From Blastocatellia bacterium (GTDB lineage Bacteria; Acidobacteriota; Blastocatellia; Chloracidobacteriales; JADJPF01): DNA of 21,471 nucleotides. The position numbers and the translations under genes are program-made. Numbering within the stretch: position 1 is the stretch's first letter; each line of letters starts with the position of its first letter. The notes under the pieces were generated by a model that saw only the letters and a program-made list of their open reading frames with translations, was not told where the DNA came from and made no database searches. Positions 1 to 8,708 of the stretch are shown in pieces. The stretch spans positions 64,001-85,471 of the forward strand of contig JADJPF010000015.1 in assembly GCA_016713405.1 (NCBI GenBank), given 5' to 3'.

Positions 1-1331
1 TAAATGTTAAATCTGTAGGGGATTTTGACTTGTCACTTAACTCTAATAAACAAGAAATTATGGCAGGCGAATCTGCTAATTTTGTTGTTAACACACTCGG
101 ACAAATGGGTTTTGCAGAAAGAATTACACTTTCTGCCAGTGTTGATGGGCTTCAAACTAGCTTTTCTCCTACTACAATAGATGCAACTGCTATGTCAACT
201 TTGATTGTTAATACTACACAAGAAACAGAGGCTAAAGATTATTTAGTTACTATTACTGCTAGAGGTGGAGGAATCACTAAGACCACAACAGCTACATTAA
301 CAGTAAAACCTCGCTTAATTGGTGATTTTACTTTGATAACTACACCAGACTTGCAAACGCTTTCTGCTGGTAAATCAACATCTTTTAGTTTAGCAATAAA
401 TCCTGAAAATGGTTTTAATGAGCCAGTTAATTTAACTGCCGAAGTGTCAGAAAGCTCTATACAAGTAGTCTTTTCTAATAAAACTGCAAGACCTGGTGAT
501 AATATTTCTGCTACTATTATTACAACTGGAACTACACCTCCTCAAAATTACTCTATTAGAATTATAGGTGCTTCAGGTTCCTTAGTTAAAACTGCATTAT
601 TTGGCCTAAATGTTACTCCTCAAGTGCAGGAAGCTTTCTCCTTAGCATTAGCACCTAATCTACAAAGTATTGCTAATGGTGAATCTACAATGTTTACCGT
701 TGGGGTAGTTGGTCGTAATGGCTTTAATCAAGCTGTTAGCTTAAGTGCTAGTACAACCGATCCAAGCATTCAACTTAATTTTGATAGTTCAAGTGTTAAT
801 GCTGGAGGCAATACTTTTATTACTGTAACTACTAGTTCTAATACTCAACCAGGCACTTACACTATTTCAATTACAGGTAGGACAGGAAGTTTAACAGTTT
901 CTCAGCCAGTAATTTTAGCTGTTCGTCAAGCTGTTCTAAAAGTAGACATTAGCTTTGACCCTCCTCAAGTAGGGCAAATGGGGCCTCCACAAAATGTTAA
1001 AGTTGTAGCAACAGAATTAAAACCAGGACAAACTCAATCAATTAGAACAAGTGCCAATAAACTAGAACCTTTAGCAGATGGTGATTTAGCAGGCTTTAAG
1101 ATTTATAGGCTTCCAACACCAGCAGAGGGACAACCAGCTTTAACCGCAGAAGACTTGGTAAAAGATGAAAACTTAATAGCTACAATTCCTAATGATACAA
1201 CAACTTTTACTGATAATGTTCCAGTAGGGGCAAGCTCAACAGGTAATTTCACTTATTCAGTAACAAGCTTTTTTTTGGAAATGGGCAAAATAGCAATGGT
1301 TCTAATCCTATGGGAACGGAACTACCTGTAA
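1..1331 (+). CDS. Secreted or cell-surface protein with at least three tandem ~95-aa Ig-like (beta-sandwich) repeats followed by an FN3-like region. The 5' end lies outside the window.
   Basis: The frame is open from position 3 to 1331. Three sequential ~95-aa segments share the pattern G-D-F-x-L, S-A-G-x-S, F-x-(L/V), N-G-F, a V/S-L-(S/T)-A run and T-x-T-(V/I)-T. The protein is Thr/Ser/Asn-rich. The reported TTG at position 30 is probably an internal codon. Confidence 0.6.
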   Translation, partial: NVKSVGDFDLSLNSNKQEIMAGESANFVVNTLGQMGFAERITLSASVDGLQTSFSPTTIDATAMSTLIVNTTQETEAKDYLVTITARGGGITKTTTATLTVKPRLIGDFTLITTPDLQTLSAGKSTSFSLAINPENGFNEPVNLTAEVSESSIQVVFSNKTARPGDNISATIITTGTTPPQNYSIRIIGASGSLVKTALFGLNVTPQVQEAFSLALAPNLQSIANGESTMFTVGVVGRNGFNQAVSLSASTTDPSIQLNFDSSSVNAGGNTFITVTTSSNTQPGTYTISITGRTGSLTVSQPVILAVRQAVLKVDISFDPPQVGQMGPPQNVKVVATELKPGQTQSIRTSANKLEPLADGDLAGFKIYRLPTPAEGQPALTAEDLVKDENLIATIPNDTTTFTDNVPVGASSTGNFTYSVTSFFLEMGKIAMVLILWERNYL

Positions 1332-1615
1332 TTAGAAATCCAAAGTTTATCAAAGGAACAATTTTCTTAGATTCAGCAAGTTCTTTTATCAACGCAACAG
1401 GCGCAACAATAATAATTAATGGTATAGATGAGTATCCATTAATTTTTAATTCTGAAGCTACTCAATTTACAGTTAATAAGAAAATTACCAGCTTACCAAG
1501 TAGCATAACTTTGAAAAAATTAATTAAAAAAGGTCAAACTGTAGAATTAGTAGTTAGAAATAAGGATGGTAAACTGTCTGTAGCTAAAAGTCTTACTCGT
1601 CCTAAGAAAAAATAA
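1247..1615 (+). CDS. Probable C-terminal continuation of the Ig-repeat protein in the +2 frame. It is reached by a 1-nt slip in the T8 run at 1269-1276, and the 1310..1615 ORF lies within it.
   Basis: Frame 0 ends 'SVTSFFLEMGKIAMVLILWERNYL*'. The overlapping frame is open from 1247 and reads 'FFGNGQNSNGSNPMGTELPVIRNPKF...RPKKK*'. The switch point coincides with the homopolymer 'cttttttttgg'. Confidence 0.4.
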   Translation, partial: FHLFSNKLFFGNGQNSNGSNPMGTELPVIRNPKFIKGTIFLDSASSFINATGATIIINGIDEYPLIFNSEATQFTVNKKITSLPSSITLKKLIKKGQTVELVVRNKDGKLSVAKSLTRPKKK

Positions 1616-1643
1616 ATTTTAACCATCAATTTGTAAATAAAAA

Positions 1644-1680
1644 TAGCCCAAGATAACACTTATCTTGGGCTATTTTATTA
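1644..1680. terminator. Bidirectional rho-independent terminator between convergent genes
   Basis: A perfect 12-bp stem, 'tagcccaagata' (1644-1655) pairing with 'tatcttgggcta' (1661-1672), with a 5-nt loop. It is flanked by 'aaaaa' upstream and 'ttttatta' downstream. Confidence 0.6.
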
Positions 1681-2796
1681 AACATTACTTTGACGAAATC
1701 TTAGTGATGCTAACAGTAACATTACTAGTCCCATAACTAACATTACTGCTCCATTTACCCATAAATGATTAAAACCTGCTCCACGTAAAATAATGCCTCG
1801 CAAAGTATCAATATAGTAAGTTGTAGGAATAAAACGGCTTATCAACCAAAATATTTTTGGCATATTATCTAATGAAAAAATATAGCCTGACAAAAATATT
1901 GCTGGTAGCAATGTACTCATCGCCATTTGCATTGCTTCGCTTTGAGTACGCGCTTTTGTAGAAATAATTAGCCCCATCCCTAAAATAGTTAAAATAAAAG
2001 GAATAGAGAAAATTAATAGTAAAATTACACTTCCATGAATTGGTACATCAAAAGCATAACGCATCACCAGTAAAATCCAGCAAAGCTCAAAAAATCCTAA
2101 TATCCCATAAGGCAACATCTTTCCTACCATTAACCCTAATGGGCTAATAGGTGCTAGGTAAAGATTTTCTAATGTTCCTCGTTCCCGTTCTTTTACTAAA
2201 GAAAATGAAATTAAAGCAATTAACATCATTTGTAAGACTACAGCGACTAACCCAGGAATAAAAAAGTTAGCTGAACGAGTGCTGGGATTAAAAAGAACTT
2301 TATGCCGTGATTCAACTACACCAGGTGATTTTGCTACAATTCGTTTTAATGATTCTTGTAAAGTAATAGCACTAGATACATTTACTGCCTCACTTGTAAC
2401 ATTTGATTCCGAACCATCAACTAGCAGTAAGACACTAGTGTTTATACCTTTTTGCAGAGCGCGTGAGTAATCTTCAGGAATTTTAATTCCAACTTTTGCT
2501 TCTCCTGCAACAATTTTATCATAAAGTTCCTTATCAGAATTTACTCTAGCAACTACATTAAAGTCATCACTATTAATATAACGTTCAATTAAAAGATGAC
2601 TTTCCTGAGTTTTTGCCAGGTCATAAACTACTGTTTTTATTTGACGTACATTAGTATCTACAGCAACGCCTAGTAAAACCATTTCAAAAATAGGTATAAA
2701 AAGAGCAAAAAATAATGTTGTTGGGTCGCGTAGTATCTGAAGTATTTCTTTCTTAAAAACAGGAATTAAGCCTGAAAAAAGATAATTTTCACTCAT
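1678..2796 (-). CDS. ABC-2 type transporter permease of the YhhJ/YadH-like family (372 aa)
   Basis: There is an N-terminal cytoplasmic segment, then a large periplasmic loop, then a C-terminal cluster of 5-6 hydrophobic helices. This is typical of ABC-2 permeases. A strong SD (AGGAGGT) lies 8 nt upstream of the ATG. The gene overlaps the upstream ATPase stop by 4 nt. Confidence 0.8.
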   Translation of the reverse strand: MSENYLFSGLIPVFKKEILQILRDPTTLFFALFIPIFEMVLLGVAVDTNVRQIKTVVYDLAKTQESHLLIERYINSDDFNVVARVNSDKELYDKIVAGEAKVGIKIPEDYSRALQKGINTSVLLLVDGSESNVTSEAVNVSSAITLQESLKRIVAKSPGVVESRHKVLFNPSTRSANFFIPGLVAVVLQMMLIALISFSLVKERERGTLENLYLAPISPLGLMVGKMLPYGILGFFELCWILLVMRYAFDVPIHGSVILLLIFSIPFILTILGMGLIISTKARTQSEAMQMAMSTLLPAIFLSGYIFSLDNMPKIFWLISRFIPTTYYIDTLRGIILRGAGFNHLWVNGAVMLVMGLVMLLLASLRFRQSNV

Positions 2797-3774
2797 AACT
2801 TTGTACCTCCTAACAGCGATATGTTGTTAGTAATATTATTAGTTAGAGTGACAAAAATATCTTCTAAGGAAGGTCTGATAGGGTTTATTACTAGATTTGT
2901 AAAACCTGCTGTTTCTAGGTCTTCTTTCAATTTGGAACTACTTTGAGTCTTTTCACAAAGTATATGAATTGATTGACCAAAAATTGTTGATTCCCAAACA
3001 TAGGGAAGATCTTTAATAAAACTTAATGCTTCAGATGGAGAGCTAGAAAGAATTTCTAAGCGTGTTGAACCAACAGGAGAAACTTCTGGCAACGTTCTTA
3101 GTTCGTCAACAGTTCCAACAGCAATTAAGTTTGATAAATAGATATAACCAACACGGCGGCATCTTTCGGCCTCATCCATATAATGTGTTGTAACAAAAAT
3201 AGTTATCCCATTAGCAGAAAGCTTAAAAAGCAGATCCCATAAAGCCCGACGTGCTACAGGGTCAATTCCCGCAGTAGGTTCATCTAGGAATAATACTTCA
3301 GGTTCATGAATAATTGCACATCCTAAAGCTAAACGTTGTTTCCAACCACCAGATAAAGCACCTGCACGACGTTCTAAATAAGGGGTTAAGCCTGTTAGCT
3401 CTAAAACTTCAGGTTTACGTAAGCTTTATTTGATCTTTTTTCATATGGTATATGCCAGCATAAAAATCTAAATTCTCGTTTACTGTTAGCTCTTCATAAA
3501 GACTAAATTTTTGAGACATATAACCAATGCGTTTTTTAATTTTAAAAGAATCTTTATGAATATCTAAACCAAGAATTTTACCTTCACCAGTTGCATGAGT
3601 AATTAGCCCACATAAAGCTTTAATAATCGTAGTTTTACCAGAGCCGTTTGGCCCAAGTAAGCCAAAGATTTCACCTGTTTTTACTTGAAAAGAAACTTTG
3701 TTAACAGCAATAAATTTGCCAAATTTGATGGTTAAATCTTTTGTTGAAATTACTGGATCTATTGTATTTATCAT
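2793..3774 (-). pseudogene. ABC transporter ATP-binding protein with a single frameshift near 3415-3440
   Basis: The N-terminal ORF (3415..3774) carries Walker A, 'GPNGSGKTT'. A second frame, open from 3425 down to 2793, carries the signature '[12 protein letters not shown]', Walker B '[12 protein letters not shown]' and the H-loop 'TTHYMDEAE'. I translated the 3181-3428 frame by hand. It is continuous with the ORF 2793..3179. The frame switch lies at a T6 run (3434-3439). Confidence 0.8.
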
Positions 3775-3777
3775 AGC

Positions 3778-4920
3778 TTACTCCTTTGGCTTTAATTTAA
3801 CATCAGCCGCCATGCCAGCCTTAAGTAAGCCTTCTTTGTTATCAATATGAATTTTAATTGCAAAAACTTGATGAGAACGTTCATCACGATTTTGAACATT
3901 TCGGGGTGTAAATTCAGCTTTAGCTGAAATTTGTTCTACTTTTCCAAGAAAAGCTTTGTTAGGAAAAGAATCAACAAAAACTTCTACCTCCTGTCCAACC
4001 TGGACAAAACCCAGATCAGGCTCTGGCACATAGACACGTACACGAATTTGATCACTTTCCAAAAGTCTTGCAATAGGGCTAGTTGCTTGAACTAGATCGC
4101 CTACTCGAACACTAAGCAAATCTATTTGACTATCAACAGGAGCAATTACTTCTGCTTCATTTAGTTGGGTGTTAAGTTTTTCAAGCGTCGCATTAGCTTC
4201 GGCTAGTCGTGCTTTAGCTTCCAAAATATCTTCGCTTCTTGCACCAGATTTAAGTAATTTTAGGTTAGCAATAGCTTGTTGGTAACGTTCTTGACCTACA
4301 CGAATATCTTCGCTTCTTGTCCCTGCTTCTAAAAGATCAAGTTTTTGCTGCAAGGATTGATAACGAGAATCGCTTAAAGCCACTTTAGCAGCCATATCAT
4401 CACAGCTTTGTTTAGAAACATAGCCTTCCTTAAAAAGCTGTTCTAATCTAGCTAAGGAGGTTTTATAGTGATTTAGTTCAGCTTTTACACCAATAATTTC
4501 TTCTTTTAGTTGGGAAATTTCTTGGGGACGTGGGCCATTTTTTAAGGCTTCTAATTGGGCTAGTTCACGATTAACAGTTGCTTGGGCTTGTGCAATTTCT
4601 TCTGTCCGATAACCATTTTCTAGCTTTTTTAGATAAGCCTCAGCTTGGTCAATTTTTGCTTGGAGTTGTTTTTTTTCTGCTAGCAGGGTGTCATTATCAA
4701 ATCGTACTAGAGGAGTCCCTTTTTTTACTATTTGCCCTTCTTGTGCTAAAACTTCTATGACACGACCACCAATTTTAGAACCAATTTGTACTTCTTGAGC
4801 TTCGATTGTTCCAAAAAGCAAAAGTTCTACTTTTGTGCTTTCGCTTTTTGTATACATTCCTGTTACTACAATACCAAATGAGATTAATAAAATAATGATA
4901 ACAACAAGTTTTTTATACAT
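3778..4920 (-). CDS. HlyD-family membrane fusion (periplasmic adaptor) protein, 380 aa
   Basis: It has one N-terminal TM helix and a long Ala/Gln/Glu/Leu-rich coiled-coil region. The C-terminal beta-barrel motif 'VPEPDLGFVQVGQEVEVFVDSFP' is typical of YhiI/HlyD adaptors. The SD is GAGGTG. Confidence 0.85.
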   Translation of the reverse strand: MYKKLVVIIILLISFGIVVTGMYTKSESTKVELLLFGTIEAQEVQIGSKIGGRVIEVLAQEGQIVKKGTPLVRFDNDTLLAEKKQLQAKIDQAEAYLKKLENGYRTEEIAQAQATVNRELAQLEALKNGPRPQEISQLKEEIIGVKAELNHYKTSLARLEQLFKEGYVSKQSCDDMAAKVALSDSRYQSLQQKLDLLEAGTRSEDIRVGQERYQQAIANLKLLKSGARSEDILEAKARLAEANATLEKLNTQLNEAEVIAPVDSQIDLLSVRVGDLVQATSPIARLLESDQIRVRVYVPEPDLGFVQVGQEVEVFVDSFPNKAFLGKVEQISAKAEFTPRNVQNRDERSHQVFAIKIHIDNKEGLLKAGMAADVKLKPKE

Positions 4921-4961
4921 TTGTCACCTCGTTATAAAAAAATGAAGAGAACAAAATAAAC

Positions 4962-7622
4962 TTAGTCTTTGATCATTATTTGGCCTTTATCACCGTCAAC
5001 AGTTATATGTTGACCATTTTTAATTATAGTAAGCAGATTAGGAATATTTACTACTGCTGGTAGTCCATATTCACGCGCAACAATCGCGCCATGAGATAAA
5101 AATCCTCCTACTTGCATAACTATTGCTGAAGCACGTAAAAAAAGAGGTGTCCAACCTGGGTCAGTTGTAGGGGCTATAAGTATTTCTCCTGGAGCTAACA
5201 GATTGCCTTCTGATGGGTGCATAATAATTCTTGCAATACCTGAATATTTCCCGCTAGATACTGCTAAACCTTTTAATATTGTGCCATTTGAAGTTTTTTC
5301 TATTATTGCTGGTTTATTGACTGCGCTAGTATTTGTTGTAGGGTTGCCAAAATGATCAAAAATATAAAAATCTTTAATAGTTGTTTCTTTTAACCAAATT
5401 TCTCTTTGGTTTTTATTGTCTGTTGCTATTTCTCTTGCTCCTTGTCCGTTCCATTGGCCTGTTAAATAAGCTTCCATATCAAAACCGCTTAAATGAAAAA
5501 TATCTGTTGGATCATCTAAGAAACCACTGTTAACAAGGCGTTTACCAACTTCTACGCAAATTTTTCTAATAGGCTCTATGGTTGCAACTAACGTAGATTT
5601 GCTAAGTTCGCGTAGTGCTGCACCTTGGCGAGCTTTTTTAGTAAACCAATTGATTAAAGGACGATAAGGAAAAGAAAGCTCTGAAATTTCTTTTTCTGCT
5701 GCTTGACGAACTGCTATAGCAGTGTTTTTTGGGGAAGTGATGTTTTCTGAGCTTAAAATTAATTGTATTTGTTCAAATAAATAGCTAGGGTCTTCATTCC
5801 ATCGTGGGTTGGCTGTTTCAGCTTCATAAACTGCCCGATGTCCAAATTCAGCTAAAAACTTTTCAAACTCTTGACGAAAACTAGATGTTTTAGGAAGCTT
5901 TTGCCAGTCTTTAGCAATAATTGGTGTTTGTTTTAGATAAGTAAGTGCGTCTGTGTCTTGTTGTGCTACTTTGGCTAAATGGTAAAGTTGATAACCATGC
6001 TCTGCTGTAGTAACTTGTCCGCTACCAGCTAAAACCGCTGTAGTTAAAGCCTCGGCCCTCTCAGGTTTAATTTTTGTTAGCGTTTCTTTAATTGGTGTCA
6101 CCCACGCACCAGCATTAGCATTAGCCAACTGAAACTTTTTAGCAAATTCATATTGAAAAACTAAAATTTCCCTAACTAAATCTGCTAATTCTTGATTAGA
6201 TTTACTTGCTACATCTGTGTTTTTCCAACCCTTTATGCGTGTTTGTAAAGTGACAATATCTTTTGGCATTTGTCGGGAAATCTTAAGCAATACTCTAAGA
6301 AATTTTATTTGTCTTAGTTTACGTGTTAATCCTACTTTACCTTTTAGGGGATCGCCTGAAGGCACAGGAATTAAAGGATGATGACCGCCTAGTCCCCGTG
6401 AAGTGTCTTCGGGAGACATTCCAACAGCATCATAAAAAGCCCATTGCATAGTTGTTACTTCAAAATAACCACGTCCGTTAAAACGCTTAAGCATTGGTGA
6501 ACCGTCTTTTCTGGGATAATCCATTGCATCTAAGATTTCATATAAAATTTCAGAAACAAAGTCATGCACCATATGCCAGGTTAAAGTAGTCGGTACACCT
6601 GCAACAGCGTCTTGAATATTTCCGGTTGACCAAATTATTGGTAAATGCTCAATATTTGGGAAAGTATAATGAGGTAAACGGGTTACAGGTCTAGCTTGAA
6701 GCAGCCAAAACTTTTCTCCATCAAATGCCCATTCTATGTCCTGTGGGTTATCACCTTTTCCTATTGCCCAATGAATACGCCAAACCAGTTGAGTTAATTT
6801 TATTGTTTGTTCTGGAGTTAAAACTTGTTGCTCAGGGCTTTTTCTTGATATTTCAGTTAGATTACCTTCTTTAGATAAAACTGTAATTTCTTCAGGATTA
6901 ACTTGACCACTAACCAGGGCCTCAGCTAAACCATTGACAGCATTAATTGTTACAACATTAAGTTGACCTGTTCGCGGGTCGCAAGAAAATGCTACACCGG
7001 CTGATTTAGCCTTGACCATCTCACAAATTACTACAGCACAAGCCACTTGGTCATCTTTCAAATTCATTTTACGACGATAAGCAATTGCTTGTGGTGTCCA
7101 AAGTGAGCCATAACAACCTTTAATTGCATCAATTATTTCTCTTAGCCCTTGAACATTTAGAAAACTGCGATGAATACCAGCAAATGAAGCCGTTTCGCTA
7201 TCTTCTGCCGTCGCGCTAGAACGAACGGCAACAGATGTATTTAATAAGTTATTTCGTTTAAGAAAATTTTCTAGCTCTAATGTAAATTCTTTTGAAAAAT
7301 TAATGTTGGCTAAAATCTCTTGGATTTTATTAAGTTTTTCTATTATTTGAGCTTCTGAGACGGATAAAGGGGATATATTTTCTAATTCTAATTGTAGGCT
7401 TTTTAACTCTGGGCTAAGCATTATTTCTTGATAAAGGTTGGCTGTAACTACACCGCCTACAGGAACTTGAAAGCCATAGCGGTAAAGCTGGCCTAATTTC
7501 CAGCCTTTTCCACCACAAAGCGCGGCTCCAGCTAATGCTGCTGTTGTCCAATCTAAGATTTTGCTACTTGTAATTTCTTCATCATTTATAAAATTAATTG
7601 CTACTTGACTTGCATTGCTCAT
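4962..7622 (-). CDS. PEP-utilising-enzyme family phosphotransferase, 886 aa. It has the rifampicin-phosphotransferase-like architecture: an N-terminal PPDK-type ATP-grasp domain and a C-terminal swivelling phospho-His domain.
   Basis: The N-terminus has 'GGKGWKLGQL...GFQVPVGGVV', the PPDK_N nucleotide-binding motif. The extreme C-terminus has 'GGFLSHGAIVAREYGLPAVV', the mobile phosphohistidine domain. That domain is C-terminal rather than central, and there is no PEP-binding TIM barrel. This is the RPH/YvkC-like layout, not true PpsA. The SD is AAAGGAG. Confidence 0.75.
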   Translation of the reverse strand: MSNASQVAINFINDEEITSSKILDWTTAALAGAALCGGKGWKLGQLYRYGFQVPVGGVVTANLYQEIMLSPELKSLQLELENISPLSVSEAQIIEKLNKIQEILANINFSKEFTLELENFLKRNNLLNTSVAVRSSATAEDSETASFAGIHRSFLNVQGLREIIDAIKGCYGSLWTPQAIAYRRKMNLKDDQVACAVVICEMVKAKSAGVAFSCDPRTGQLNVVTINAVNGLAEALVSGQVNPEEITVLSKEGNLTEISRKSPEQQVLTPEQTIKLTQLVWRIHWAIGKGDNPQDIEWAFDGEKFWLLQARPVTRLPHYTFPNIEHLPIIWSTGNIQDAVAGVPTTLTWHMVHDFVSEILYEILDAMDYPRKDGSPMLKRFNGRGYFEVTTMQWAFYDAVGMSPEDTSRGLGGHHPLIPVPSGDPLKGKVGLTRKLRQIKFLRVLLKISRQMPKDIVTLQTRIKGWKNTDVASKSNQELADLVREILVFQYEFAKKFQLANANAGAWVTPIKETLTKIKPERAEALTTAVLAGSGQVTTAEHGYQLYHLAKVAQQDTDALTYLKQTPIIAKDWQKLPKTSSFRQEFEKFLAEFGHRAVYEAETANPRWNEDPSYLFEQIQLILSSENITSPKNTAIAVRQAAEKEISELSFPYRPLINWFTKKARQGAALRELSKSTLVATIEPIRKICVEVGKRLVNSGFLDDPTDIFHLSGFDMEAYLTGQWNGQGAREIATDNKNQREIWLKETTIKDFYIFDHFGNPTTNTSAVNKPAIIEKTSNGTILKGLAVSSGKYSGIARIIMHPSEGNLLAPGEILIAPTTDPGWTPLFLRASAIVMQVGGFLSHGAIVAREYGLPAVVNIPNLLTIIKNGQHITVDGDKGQIMIKD

Positions 7623-8253
7623 AAGGTGGAACTCCTTTAGCTAAAGAGAAATCCAGACTTGGTTTAGCACCTTCTAAAAACAAAGAAAGACAAAAATTAA
7701 GTTTTTCTTTTAATGAAATATTTTCACTAGATTCTAGCCAATATCTTACTGAATGGATGAAAACAAGCCCAAAGATTTGTGAAAGCTCATAGGAAGAAAT
7801 ATCATTTCTAAGCTCGCCTTTTTCTTGTGCTGTGGCTAAAAACTTATGGACAACCTGCCTAAATGAAGGATGATCATGACGCTCATGATGCTTTTTCATA
7901 TGCTGATAATTACTAATGCTATAGTGGAAAAAAATATTAGCTAGCTTACGGTTTTCTGTTAGCCATCTTGCGGCTTCTGCTAGAAAATCCTGAAGTGCAA
8001 TAAGAGGTGATTGACCTGTTTCTATAGCTATTTGTGTACGCAAAGCGTTTTCTAACATAGATGTTTCACCAAGTGCTAAAACTAGTTCCTCTTTACATTC
8101 AAAATGATAATAAAATGTTCCCTTAGCTACTTTGGCAGCTTTAGTAATATCGTCTATAGTGGTTGTTTCATAACCTTGTTTGGTAAATAGTGAAATTGCT
8201 GTAGAAATGATTTGCTCACGGGTGGCAGTTCGTTTTTCTTCTCTTAATCCCAT
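7594..8253 (-). CDS. TetR/AcrR-family transcriptional regulator, 219 aa
   Basis: The N-terminal HTH is 'TREQIISTAISLFTKQGYETTTIDDITKAAKVAKGTFYYHFECKEEL'. The stop overlaps the next gene's start by 29 nt. Confidence 0.8.
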   Translation of the reverse strand: MGLREEKRTATREQIISTAISLFTKQGYETTTIDDITKAAKVAKGTFYYHFECKEELVLALGETSMLENALRTQIAIETGQSPLIALQDFLAEAARWLTENRKLANIFFHYSISNYQHMKKHHERHDHPSFRQVVHKFLATAQEKGELRNDISSYELSQIFGLVFIHSVRYWLESSENISLKEKLNFCLSLFLEGAKPSLDFSLAKGVPPYEQCKSSSN

Positions 8254-8402
8254 AGTTAATTTATTGTAACAATCTGACTAAAGTTTATTTTTAGACTACG
8301 GTCAGTTTTCTAAAAAAGTTTCTCTACTCTAGCAAAATAAAGCTTTGGAAGCATCAATAAAAACTATGCTAAACTCAACAAAAACAGCGAAGTAGGTAGG
8401 CT

Positions 8403-8708
8403 ATGACAAATAAAGAAATTCAAAAATTAATAGAATTTATTATCACTCAACAAGCAGAAATGTCTGTAAAACATGCACAGATACTTGATATTCAATTTGA
8501 AACTGCAAAAAGACAAGGTGAATATGAAAAACGCCAAGCTGAATTTGAAATCAAATTTAACAATAAATTAGATGCTTTATTAGATTGGCAAGCAAAATTT
8601 AGTATTGATTTAGAAGATTTAAGAAAAGAGACTAAGGAATTTAGAGACGACCTTAAAAAACGGCTCTTCCGTAATTCCGTGGAGGCCACAAGATATAGTG
8701 TAGAATAA
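8403..8708 (+). pseudogene. Small charged coiled-coil protein gene, interrupted at codon ~87 by the IS insertion. The last 15 codons and the stop codon are IS-derived.
   Basis: The ORF reads through position 8661 into the left inverted repeat of the IS. The C-terminal 'RLFRNSVEATRYSVE' is encoded by IR sequence. A good SD (TAGGTAGG) precedes the ATG. Confidence 0.5.
8662..8698 (+). repeat. Left terminal inverted repeat of the IS (IRL)
   Basis: 'ggctcttccgtaattccgtggaggccacaagatatag' matches the reverse complement of 9924-9960 at about 33 of 37 positions. Confidence 0.65.

Noticed and set aside
2279-2470. Short ORFs inside or antisense to larger genes (2279..2470 +, 4578..4760 +, 10216..10431 -, 11949..12134 +, 17979..18188 -, 19465..19665 -, 20525..20957 -, 21071..21416 -)
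   Set aside because: All are embedded in, or opposite to, strongly supported coding regions and show no motifs. They are treated as spurious.
4962-7622. Annotating the 886-aa enzyme as phosphoenolpyruvate synthase (ppsA)
   Set aside because: The phospho-His 'GGFLSHGAIVARE' domain is at the extreme C-terminus, and no C-terminal PEP-binding TIM-barrel domain follows it. True PpsA and PPDK have it centrally.
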